This document shows positions 10,421-18,534 of a DNA stretch of 64,000 nucleotides, piece after piece. The notes below the pieces were generated by a model, which saw only the letters and a program-made list of their open reading frames with translations, had not been told where the DNA came from and did not search any database. Position numbers and translations under genes: made by a program. The stretch comes from an uncultured Spirochaetales bacterium (GTDB taxonomy: Bacteria > Spirochaetota > Spirochaetia > CAYRYS01), in the NCBI GenBank assembly GCA_964428555.1, contig CAYRYS010000003.1:95-64094 (forward strand). Direction: 5' to 3'. Position 1 is the stretch's first letter. Each line of letters opens with the position of its first letter.

Positions 10421-11455
10421 ATGATGCATAATGTCCTTGAAAAATTACGTGATTTACAGGATGTACTGTCAAAAAAATTCGAAGTTGAACAGGAAATTAA
10501 TGATATACCAAAAGCGCTTTCAACAAAAACTGAGCTTTTGAATCGACTAAAAAAAAGTTATATAGAGCGGAATGAAAAATACGACCGGTTGAAGAAAAAG
10601 ATTTCGAGCCTTAGGATTCGGATGGATGATGCAATTTCTCAAAGAGAAGCCTATGAAAAGCAGTATTCAGAAATTAAGACGCAGCGTGAATATGAAGCTC
10701 TGGATAAGGAAATTAAAGATGCAACTGAAAAAGAGCAGCATTTACGCCGTGAACTCCAAAAAGAGGAAAAGAACCTTGAGGAGTTGACAAAAATACTTGA
10801 GCGTGAAGAAGCGATGATCCAGCAGCAGGAAGAAGAGTTGAAAAAAGAGCAGGCTAATGTTGAAGAAGAAACTGGAGAAAAGCGCGACCTACTGAGGGAT
10901 TTGGAGAACCAGGAGGAAAAGATTACTCCCGGCCTGGATGAAGAGATGATCTTCAAGTTTGAACGGATTATCCGAAGTAAATCCGGTCTCGGAATTGTTC
11001 CGATCCGCGGCGGCGTATGTACAGGCTGTCATATGATCCTCCCTGCGCAGTTTGTGAATGATGTAAGAAGCGGGAAGGGTATCCTGTTTTGTCCATACTG
11101 TTCCAGAATCCTTTTTTATGAACAGGAAGAACAGATCGAAGAAAATATGTACTTTAACGAGGAAGACGCAGGAAGTCTTGCTGACCTTGAAGATTTTGAT
11201 GACGAAGACTTTATTGATGAAGAAGAGCTCGTTATTACAGACTTTGATGCTGAGGATGAAGAAGATGAAAATCTTGAAGATGAGATGGGTGAAGAGCTCG
11301 ATGAAGAAGACCTTGGAGAGGAAGAACTCGAGGATGAGGGTATTGCAGATGAAGAGCTTGATGATGAAGAGCTTGATGACGATGATGTAGAAGGAATAGA
11401 AGACGAAGAAGATGACCAGACCGAGGATGATGACTTAGAGGAGGAAGAGGATTAA
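10421..11455 (+). CDS. COG1579-type coiled-coil / C4 zinc-ribbon protein with a ~110-aa poly-acidic C-terminal tail
   Basis: Long coiled coil, then CTGCHM...CPYCSRIL zinc ribbon. The tail is almost entirely D/E. Confidence 0.7.
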   Translation: MMHNVLEKLRDLQDVLSKKFEVEQEINDIPKALSTKTELLNRLKKSYIERNEKYDRLKKKISSLRIRMDDAISQREAYEKQYSEIKTQREYEALDKEIKDATEKEQHLRRELQKEEKNLEELTKILEREEAMIQQQEEELKKEQANVEEETGEKRDLLRDLENQEEKITPGLDEEMIFKFERIIRSKSGLGIVPIRGGVCTGCHMILPAQFVNDVRSGKGILFCPYCSRILFYEQEEQIEENMYFNEEDAGSLADLEDFDDEDFIDEEELVITDFDAEDEEDENLEDEMGEELDEEDLGEEELEDEGIADEELDDEELDDDDVEGIEDEEDDQTEDDDLEEEED

Positions 11456-11469
11456 AAAAAGAATGAAAA

Positions 11470-11848
11470 AGCAGGTCGGGTTATCGCTGCAGCAGATGGT
11501 TGCTGCAGAGGAAAGTCCGGGCTCCCAAAGAGCATAATGCCGGGTAATTCCCGGGGCTTGTATTCGAAAAGAATAGAGGTACAGAAAGTGCCGCAGAAAC
11601 CAGACCGCCTGCCTGGTTAGTCGAAAGATTACCAAGCAAGGTAAGGGTGAAAGGGTGAGGTAAGAGCTCACCTGTCTGTTAGTAATAGCAGATGTATGGT
11701 AAACCTCATTAGGAGCAAAGCCAAGCAGCGGATGCACTGCTCTTTGTGAAACCGCGGGTAGGCTGCAAAAACCGTATGGGAACATACGGTGTAAGATAGA
11801 TGATAACCAAGGTATTACCTTACAGAACCCGGCTTACAGACCTGCTTT
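11470..11848 (+). ncRNA. rnpB: RNase P RNA (rnpB), bacterial type A
   Basis: Conserved blocks GGAAAGTCCGGGCTCC, ACAGAAAGTGCCGCAGAAA, AGGGTGAAAGGGTGAGGTAAGAGCTCACC and the 3' CAGAACCCGGCTTACAGACCTGCTT that pairs with the 5' AAGCAGGTCGGG (P1), by comparison with E. coli M1 RNA. Boundaries are +/-5 nt. Confidence 0.85.
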
Positions 11849-11877
11849 TCCATTCAGTCTTTTATATATAAAATGCT

Positions 11878-12822
11878 ATGAATTACCCGAATTCTAGATT
11901 CCAGTTTAGATCTCGAAAAAAGAAGAAGAGTAGAAAGCTGCTCATTCTGATAGCAGGAAGTATTCTGCTATTTGTAACAGTTATTTCTGTCTTTGTATTT
12001 CGAGACTCCATTCCCTTTATTCAAACAAATGAAGCAGAAGATGTTGATTTATTAGCATTGTGGAACGAGGGTAACTATACTCTTATTATCGAAGAGTGTA
12101 ATACCATTCTAATTGAAGAACCTATGAATGGGACTGCACTTGTTCTTAGCGGTTTTTCTTATTTTTATCACGCCCTTTCTCAAAATTCTTTAGAAGAAAA
12201 AATCCGCTTGCTGGATATATCAATTGCACACCTTAGAAAGTCAGAACTTGTGGCTGAAGCACCCCTCGCTAGGCAGGTAGATTATGTCCTTGGAAAAGCA
12301 TACTATCTAAAGGGTAAGTTTTATGCAGATTTAGCGATACAGTATCTTGAGACAGCACTGGAGTCCGGGTTCATTAATGACGACTTGTACGAGTATCTTG
12401 GACTTTCATATAGCCAAATAGGAGACTATGAAAATAGTATTCACTATTTTCTTTTAGCATTGGAAGAAAACGAGAGTGATCTGCTATTTCATACTCTTGG
12501 CCGCACTTACTATATCATGGAGAATTTCGGTGCTGCAGAGGAATATCTTACACGTGCTGTTGAAATAACTGAAGATCCGGAATTAGAGGAGAAATGTGTT
12601 TCTCTTCTTGCTGAAATCTATATGAATAGTGAAGAATATGAGCGTGCTGAAGAGCAGTATAGAAGACTGCTCGAGATTGACCCTCGTTCAGCTGATGTTC
12701 ATTTTTACTTAGGTGAACTCTACGAGGAGATAGGGGATACGGTCCGTGCCCGATATGAATGGAGAGAAGCTTTAAGAATAAATCCAGATCATTACGGAGC
12801 CCGCTTGCGTTATTATCAATAA
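11878..12822 (+). CDS. TPR-repeat protein with N-terminal basic segment and single TM helix
   Basis: KKKKSRKLLILIAGSILLFVTVISVFVF membrane anchor. TPR-like 34-aa periodicity (YYLKGKFYADLAIQYLETALE and others). Confidence 0.55.
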   Translation: MNYPNSRFQFRSRKKKKSRKLLILIAGSILLFVTVISVFVFRDSIPFIQTNEAEDVDLLALWNEGNYTLIIEECNTILIEEPMNGTALVLSGFSYFYHALSQNSLEEKIRLLDISIAHLRKSELVAEAPLARQVDYVLGKAYYLKGKFYADLAIQYLETALESGFINDDLYEYLGLSYSQIGDYENSIHYFLLALEENESDLLFHTLGRTYYIMENFGAAEEYLTRAVEITEDPELEEKCVSLLAEIYMNSEEYERAEEQYRRLLEIDPRSADVHFYLGELYEEIGDTVRARYEWREALRINPDHYGARLRYYQ

Positions 12823-12897
12823 TGTAATAATAATAGTGTAATATCGGCTTTTAAAAACGGCTTTTAATAGAAAGTTATTACTGGGAGGTAATATTAT

Positions 12898-13938
12898 ATG
12901 GGGTTGGGAAAATTTTTTGATGCCTTTTCTGCGGACATAGGAATAGATCTTGGTACTTGTAATACCCTGGTTTATGTCCGCGGAAAGGGAATTGTAATCT
13001 CGGAACCGTCAGTTGTTGCTGTAGAACGAGGTACAAAAAAAGTAGTTGCTGTCGGAGCTGAAGCAAAAAGAATGCTTTGGAAGACCCCGGGCGATATAAT
13101 TGCAATACGGCCTTTGCGGGATGGTGTTATTGCTGACCTGGAGACCACTGAAAAAATGATTAAGTACTTTATCACGAAAGTACTGCCTCGGAGCTGGTTT
13201 GTTAAACCGAGAATGGTAATCGGTGTACCAAGCTGTATAACAGAGGTTGAGCGGCGTGCTGTTGAAGAGAGCGCGTTTAATGCTCGGGAAGTTAAGGTCA
13301 TTGAAGAATCGCTTGCTGCTGCAATTGGAGCAAATATACCAATCTTTGAACCGGCAGGACATATGGTATGTGATATCGGAGGCGGTACGACTGAGATATC
13401 AGTTATTTCGCTCGGCGGTATGGTAGTAACTAATGCGATCCGCCTAGGGGGCGATGAGTTCGATGAAGCAATAATTAAACATGTACGGACTGTTCATAAC
13501 TTAATTATAGGGGAGCAGACAGCAGAAAATTTGAAAGTGACTATTGGAAATGCATCGCCTGATAAAAAGATTGAGAAAATGGAAATAAAAGGCACAGATG
13601 CTATTACCGGACTTCCCAGAAGACTTGAAATTGATAGTGTTGAGGTCAGAGAGGCCTTGCAGGAACCCATCAATGCGGTTATAGAAGAGATAAAGCGGAC
13701 ATTAGGGCAAACACCGCCGGAGCTTGCAGCAGATATTGTGGAACGCGGCATTGTAATGACTGGTGGAGGATCGTTATTAAAAGGATTTCCAAAACTCATT
13801 GCAAAAGAAACAGGCGTTCCTGTTATATTGGCTGAAAATCCATTGTATTGTGTTGCTCTTGGTGCAGGAATGTATTATGATCATGCAAAAGGTGCGAATA
13901 ACGCCAATAGAAATATATATAACAAGCTAAATGTATAA
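12898..13938 (+). CDS. mreB: Rod shape-determining protein MreB
   Basis: [35 protein letters not shown] actin-fold motifs. GGGAGG RBS. Confidence 0.95.
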   Translation: MGLGKFFDAFSADIGIDLGTCNTLVYVRGKGIVISEPSVVAVERGTKKVVAVGAEAKRMLWKTPGDIIAIRPLRDGVIADLETTEKMIKYFITKVLPRSWFVKPRMVIGVPSCITEVERRAVEESAFNAREVKVIEESLAAAIGANIPIFEPAGHMVCDIGGGTTEISVISLGGMVVTNAIRLGGDEFDEAIIKHVRTVHNLIIGEQTAENLKVTIGNASPDKKIEKMEIKGTDAITGLPRRLEIDSVEVREALQEPINAVIEEIKRTLGQTPPELAADIVERGIVMTGGGSLLKGFPKLIAKETGVPVILAENPLYCVALGAGMYYDHAKGANNANRNIYNKLNV

Positions 13939-13948
13939 AACATAGAGA

Positions 13949-14803
13949 ATGTTACAACTACGCGGTTTTTTTCAAAAGCATAGAACAGGCCTGGTCTTTG
14001 CAGGACTGCTCTGTGTTTCATCAATAAGTATGGTATTCTCCACAAACACGGTATCTTTTCGTCCGGATGAGATAGGGCTCAGTATTTTCTCATTTTTCCA
14101 GCAGACTGTATCCGGGGTTACTAACTGGTTTTCAGAAACAATTTATTCTATTCAAGAGCTTGCAGAACTCCAGGAAGACTATGAAGAGCTTCAGGATAGG
14201 GTTTTCGAGATGCAGACCTATGAAACAGAGCTGGAGGAGCTTCGCCTGGAAAATGAGCGCCTGAGTGAGTTGCTGAATTTTTCTGAATCTATTGAGTTCG
14301 ATCACATTGCTGCACAGATTATTGCAAAAGACCCTGAAAATATATTTAACTCAATACAATTGAACCGCGGGAGAGTGCATGGAATTCAGCCTGGCATGCC
14401 TGTTATTGCGTATTATGATGGGTATCAGGGACTTGTTGGCAGAATTAGAGATGTAGGGTTATACACATCAATCATATTGCCGGTGTATGATAGCGGATCT
14501 TATGTTGCTGCACGGCTTCAAGAGACCAGATACGAGGGAATGGTAAATGGAAGCGGTATTTCAGAGGATCAGCTGTTTATGCAGTATGTAAGAAAACAGG
14601 CAATAGATAATATCGAATACGGAGATTTAGTTGTTACTTCAGGAATGAGTTCTGTATTTCCTGAAGGAATATATATCGGACGGGTCCGAGCAATCCAGGC
14701 CAGGGATTACGAAACATCCCTTCATATTCAGGTTGAGCCTGTAATCGATTTCCGGAGGCTTGAAAACGTGTTTATTTTGAGAGTATTAGATAATGAGAGC
14801 TGA
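13949..14803 (+). CDS. mreC: Rod shape-determining protein MreC
   Basis: Lies between mreB and mreD. N-terminal TM, coiled coil, then a beta-rich domain. Overlaps mreD by 11 nt. Confidence 0.8.
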   Translation: MLQLRGFFQKHRTGLVFAGLLCVSSISMVFSTNTVSFRPDEIGLSIFSFFQQTVSGVTNWFSETIYSIQELAELQEDYEELQDRVFEMQTYETELEELRLENERLSELLNFSESIEFDHIAAQIIAKDPENIFNSIQLNRGRVHGIQPGMPVIAYYDGYQGLVGRIRDVGLYTSIILPVYDSGSYVAARLQETRYEGMVNGSGISEDQLFMQYVRKQAIDNIEYGDLVVTSGMSSVFPEGIYIGRVRAIQARDYETSLHIQVEPVIDFRRLENVFILRVLDNES

Positions 14804-15299
14804 GTATGTTTTATCCACATTAATAATATTTGCTGCTATTGTTATACAAAGCACAATTCTCAGATACGTTTCTTTTCAAGGAATTACACCTGATATTGCG
14901 TTAATTTGTTTAGTTTTCATTTCTTTACGTAAGGGAAGTCAAGTAGGACAAGTAAATGGATTTATCGGAGGCATTCTCGAGGATTTTCTGAGTCTTGCAC
15001 CTTTGGGGTTTCATGCATTTCTGAAAACAACAATAGGTTTTTTATATGGACTGTTAAAGGGTGCTGTTATCGTAGATCCGATATTTGTCCCAATTCTGAT
15101 GGTTTCTGTTTCAACCTTTATTAAAACAATTATCTCTGGTTTTTTAATAGTTCTGTTAAATCTGGATATTACAGTAAGCGGTCTGTTTCAATACGGATTT
15201 TTTCTTGAGCTCGGATTTAATGCAATATTGACCCCATTTTTGTTTGCTTTATTAGGATTGGTACCTATATACAAAAAAACAAGGCAGGAAGGGTTGTAA
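14793..15299 (+). CDS. mreD: Rod shape-determining protein MreD
   Basis: Small polytopic membrane protein of 168 aa lying between mreC and PBP2. Confidence 0.75.
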   Translation: MRAEYVLSTLIIFAAIVIQSTILRYVSFQGITPDIALICLVFISLRKGSQVGQVNGFIGGILEDFLSLAPLGFHAFLKTTIGFLYGLLKGAVIVDPIFVPILMVSVSTFIKTIISGFLIVLLNLDITVSGLFQYGFFLELGFNAILTPFLFALLGLVPIYKKTRQEGL

Positions 15300-15303
15300 T
15301 AAA

Positions 15304-17154
15304 ATGCCCAGAGGCTTTGGTAAAAAACAAGAAACTACAATATCAAAAAGACGGACAATCGTATTAGGCATACTCATAATATTCACTACAGTCATATATC
15401 TTGGTTTTCTGTACAATCTTCAAATAACAAAGGGTATGGAATTTCTGCAAAGGGCAAGACAGGTCTCAAGAAGGACTATTCCAATTCCGGCTCAGAGAGG
15501 AGAAATCTTTGACAGAAATTTTGATACTCCTCTTGTTACTAATATTGACTCCTATGCTGTGGATATAATCCCTGCAGAAGTACCCCAAGGTCAATTTGAA
15601 GAGCTTTTTCAATCTCTTGCAGAGATACTGGAGATGGAAGTTCAGGCAATCCGCGATGCTGTACCTCCTTCGAACTATCATTTATACCAGTCAGTGGAAA
15701 TAAAAAGCGGTGTCGATTTCGAAACCATAGTCTACATTGCTGAACATATTCAAGACTTCCCAGGAGTAGGGTGGCACAGTAAGCCTATCCGGAGCTATGT
15801 AGAAACCGGATCTATTGCTCATGTACTCGGGTATGTTGGAGATATTACCAGGGAAGAGCTTCAGGTTCTATACAACGCAGGGTATACGAGTGGTTCAGTT
15901 ATTGGGAAAAGCGGAATTGAAAGGCGCTATGACCAGATCCTGAGAGGAGAAGATGGTACCAGATACAGAACTGTAGATGTTACAGGCAGGAGAGTAATAG
16001 AGGATGAAATCTTGGAAGAGGTTCCCCCAGTACTCGGGAATGACCTTGTATTGACAATAGACAGGCATACACAGCGTCTTGCAGAACAAGCCCTCGGTGA
16101 AAGGATCGGTTCGGTGATAGTATTGAAACCCTCAACTGGTGAGGTGCTGGCTATGGTTTCTTATCCATACTATAATCCGAACCAATTTTATACAGAAAAT
16201 GGTAACCATGTCTTTCGTGAGCTTTCTCTAAACCCTTATTCACCTTTTCTTAATAGAACAATACAATCCCTGTATCCTCCAGCTTCAACTTTCAAGATTA
16301 TTATGTCCCTTGCAATGCTGGAGGAAGAGGTTCTTACTGCTGATCAAGAAATAACCTGTGATGGAAGCATTACTCTGGGTGACCGCCGCTTTAATTGCTG
16401 GCGGCAAAGCGGGCATGGACCTGTTGCTTTATTAGAAGCATTTGCGCACTCCTGTAATATATATTACTATACTGTTGGCCGGGAATACCTGGGAATAGAA
16501 AGAATTGCAGACTATGCAAATAGATTCGGCTTTGGTCTGCCCACTGGTATTGACCTTCCAGGAGAACTTTCCGGACTTGTTCCTACTCCGCAGTGGAAAG
16601 AACGTTCCTATAATTCTCCTTGGGTAGGGGGAGATACGGTAAATACTTCGATAGGCCAGGGGTATCTTTTGGTTACACCGCTTCAAATAGCCAACGCTGT
16701 TGCTATGATTGCAAATGACGGTGTAGTCTACAGGCCGCATCTTGTAAGTGAAATACGTGACCCAATATCTAATGAGGTTATCCATGAGACTGAACCGGAG
16801 GTGCTGTTGAGTCCGCCATTTCGGGAAGAAATGCTGCAGCAGGTGCAGGATGCAATGCGGATGGTTGTCACTGAGGGAACAGCACAATTTGTCATTACCA
16901 CTGATGCAGTAGAGTCTGCCGGAAAGACAGGTACAGGACAGGTCGCGATTGAGGAGAATTTTCACTCCTGGTATGTTTCATATGCACCGTATGAGGCTGA
17001 GAACCCGGAAGATCAAGTTGTTATTGTTACCCAAATTGAAGCAGTAAATGAATATGAGTGGTGGGCGCCTAAAGCAACTAATATTATTCTTCAAGGAATA
17101 TTTGCTGGACAAACATATGAAGAAGCAGTTGAATCAATGAGCCTGTGGTATTAG
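15304..17154 (+). CDS. mrdA: Penicillin-binding protein 2 (peptidoglycan D,D-transpeptidase MrdA)
   Basis: Transpeptidase motifs STFK (ASTFKII), SCN (HSCNIYY), KTGT (GKTGTGQ). Sits next to rodA. Confidence 0.9.
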   Translation: MPRGFGKKQETTISKRRTIVLGILIIFTTVIYLGFLYNLQITKGMEFLQRARQVSRRTIPIPAQRGEIFDRNFDTPLVTNIDSYAVDIIPAEVPQGQFEELFQSLAEILEMEVQAIRDAVPPSNYHLYQSVEIKSGVDFETIVYIAEHIQDFPGVGWHSKPIRSYVETGSIAHVLGYVGDITREELQVLYNAGYTSGSVIGKSGIERRYDQILRGEDGTRYRTVDVTGRRVIEDEILEEVPPVLGNDLVLTIDRHTQRLAEQALGERIGSVIVLKPSTGEVLAMVSYPYYNPNQFYTENGNHVFRELSLNPYSPFLNRTIQSLYPPASTFKIIMSLAMLEEEVLTADQEITCDGSITLGDRRFNCWRQSGHGPVALLEAFAHSCNIYYYTVGREYLGIERIADYANRFGFGLPTGIDLPGELSGLVPTPQWKERSYNSPWVGGDTVNTSIGQGYLLVTPLQIANAVAMIANDGVVYRPHLVSEIRDPISNEVIHETEPEVLLSPPFREEMLQQVQDAMRMVVTEGTAQFVITTDAVESAGKTGTGQVAIEENFHSWYVSYAPYEAENPEDQVVIVTQIEAVNEYEWWAPKATNIILQGIFAGQTYEEAVESMSLWY

Positions 17155-17164
17155 GAATACGAGA

Positions 17165-18475
17165 ATGAAATCGAAGAGTATATTAAATATAGATATATTG
17201 CTGATACTGGCAACCATAATTCTCATGATAATCGGAATACTCTTTATATATTCCAGCGGCGTAACGTCTACTGGAGTGGTATTTTCCAATGAATATATTA
17301 AACAGATAGTTTGGGTTATTACCGGAATTATTATCATGTTTACTATTGCATTCTTCGATTATCAGTATTTTTTTGATTGGTCGCCGATTATATACGGATT
17401 AATTGTTCTGTTGCTGGTTCTAACGTTATTTTTTGGAGCTATAGTTAATGGAGCACGGTCATGGCTACAGATAGGCGGAATAGGAATACAACCTTCAGAA
17501 TTCATGAAAATTGCTGTGATAATTTTTCTTGCCAGGTATTTATCTACTTCTGCACAGGAGATACATAAGATACAGCAATTTCTTATTGCTTTTGCAATCA
17601 TTATGGTGCCGGTCCTTTTAATTCTACTGCAGCCGGATATGGGTACTGCCCTAGTATATCTTCCTATTTTCTTCTTTATGACATTTGTTTCCGGTGCAAA
17701 GGTGCGGCATATCCTGTTTATCTTTTTTACAGGTTTGCTTACTATAGTGTTGGCTATGGTACCATCCTGGGTACAGTTTATCCACGGAGAAACAATCAAT
17801 TGGCTTGCCTTTTTAACAGAAAGGTCCTTGACGATTATTGTTGCACTGTCATTTCTGCTTATGACAAGTATCGCTGGAATAGGTTTTCTTGTATTCAAGC
17901 GAATATATTTTTATTGGATTACCTATGTGCTTTCTATAGTTACCCTTTCATTTTTCTTTGCAATCGGGGCTCAGATGGTACTTCAGGATTATCAAATAAT
18001 GCGGCTCATAGTTTTTTTAGACCCGGAAGTTGATCCCAGGGGTGCAGGGTGGCATATTATTCAATCTGTGACTGCAGTCGGATCAGGAGGCTTCCTTGGT
18101 AAGGGATTTCTCCAAGGCACACAAAGCCATTATCGTTTCCTTCCTCAACAAAGTACTGACTTCATATTTTCTGTAATCGCAGAGGAGTGGGGGTTTATTG
18201 GAGGAATCTTAGTCTTTACCCTTTTTCTGATAATATTAGTCCGTGGTCTCGTTATTGCAGGTACTGCACAGGATAAATTTAGCGGATACATTGCTGCAGG
18301 CTTAGTTGGCATGTTCTTTTTCCATTTTGTCATTAACATTGGTATGGCCATGGGCATTATGCCAATTACCGGGATTCCTCTTCTTTTTATAAGTTACGGC
18401 GGATCATCCTTGTGGACTGCATTGGTAGGGGTTGGTATTCTGGTAAACATAGCAATGAAAAAAAACCGCATCTAA
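17165..18475 (+). CDS. rodA: Peptidoglycan glycosyltransferase RodA (SEDS family FtsW/RodA)
   Basis: Polytopic SEDS membrane protein. Immediately follows mrdA. Confidence 0.85.
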   Translation: MKSKSILNIDILLILATIILMIIGILFIYSSGVTSTGVVFSNEYIKQIVWVITGIIIMFTIAFFDYQYFFDWSPIIYGLIVLLLVLTLFFGAIVNGARSWLQIGGIGIQPSEFMKIAVIIFLARYLSTSAQEIHKIQQFLIAFAIIMVPVLLILLQPDMGTALVYLPIFFFMTFVSGAKVRHILFIFFTGLLTIVLAMVPSWVQFIHGETINWLAFLTERSLTIIVALSFLLMTSIAGIGFLVFKRIYFYWITYVLSIVTLSFFFAIGAQMVLQDYQIMRLIVFLDPEVDPRGAGWHIIQSVTAVGSGGFLGKGFLQGTQSHYRFLPQQSTDFIFSVIAEEWGFIGGILVFTLFLIILVRGLVIAGTAQDKFSGYIAAGLVGMFFFHFVINIGMAMGIMPITGIPLLFISYGGSSLWTALVGVGILVNIAMKKNRI

Positions 18476-18534
18476 TAGTGTACGTAAATTAATAAAAAGA
18501 TCAGCATCCCGGATACTTATAAAGGAGAATCACA

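Noticed and set aside
11118-11390. 90-aa plus-strand ORF, K/M/L-rich
   Set aside because: It is an alternative frame of the GAAGA-repeat DNA that encodes the acidic tail of the zinc-ribbon protein. It is a low-complexity artefact.
11435-11785. 116-aa minus-strand ORF from the six-frame track
   Set aside because: It lies entirely within the RNase P RNA gene on the opposite strand and has no protein-like features.
16432-17898. 177-aa and 178-aa minus-strand ORFs inside mrdA and rodA
   Set aside because: They are antisense to well-supported conserved genes and Cys/Ser-rich junk.
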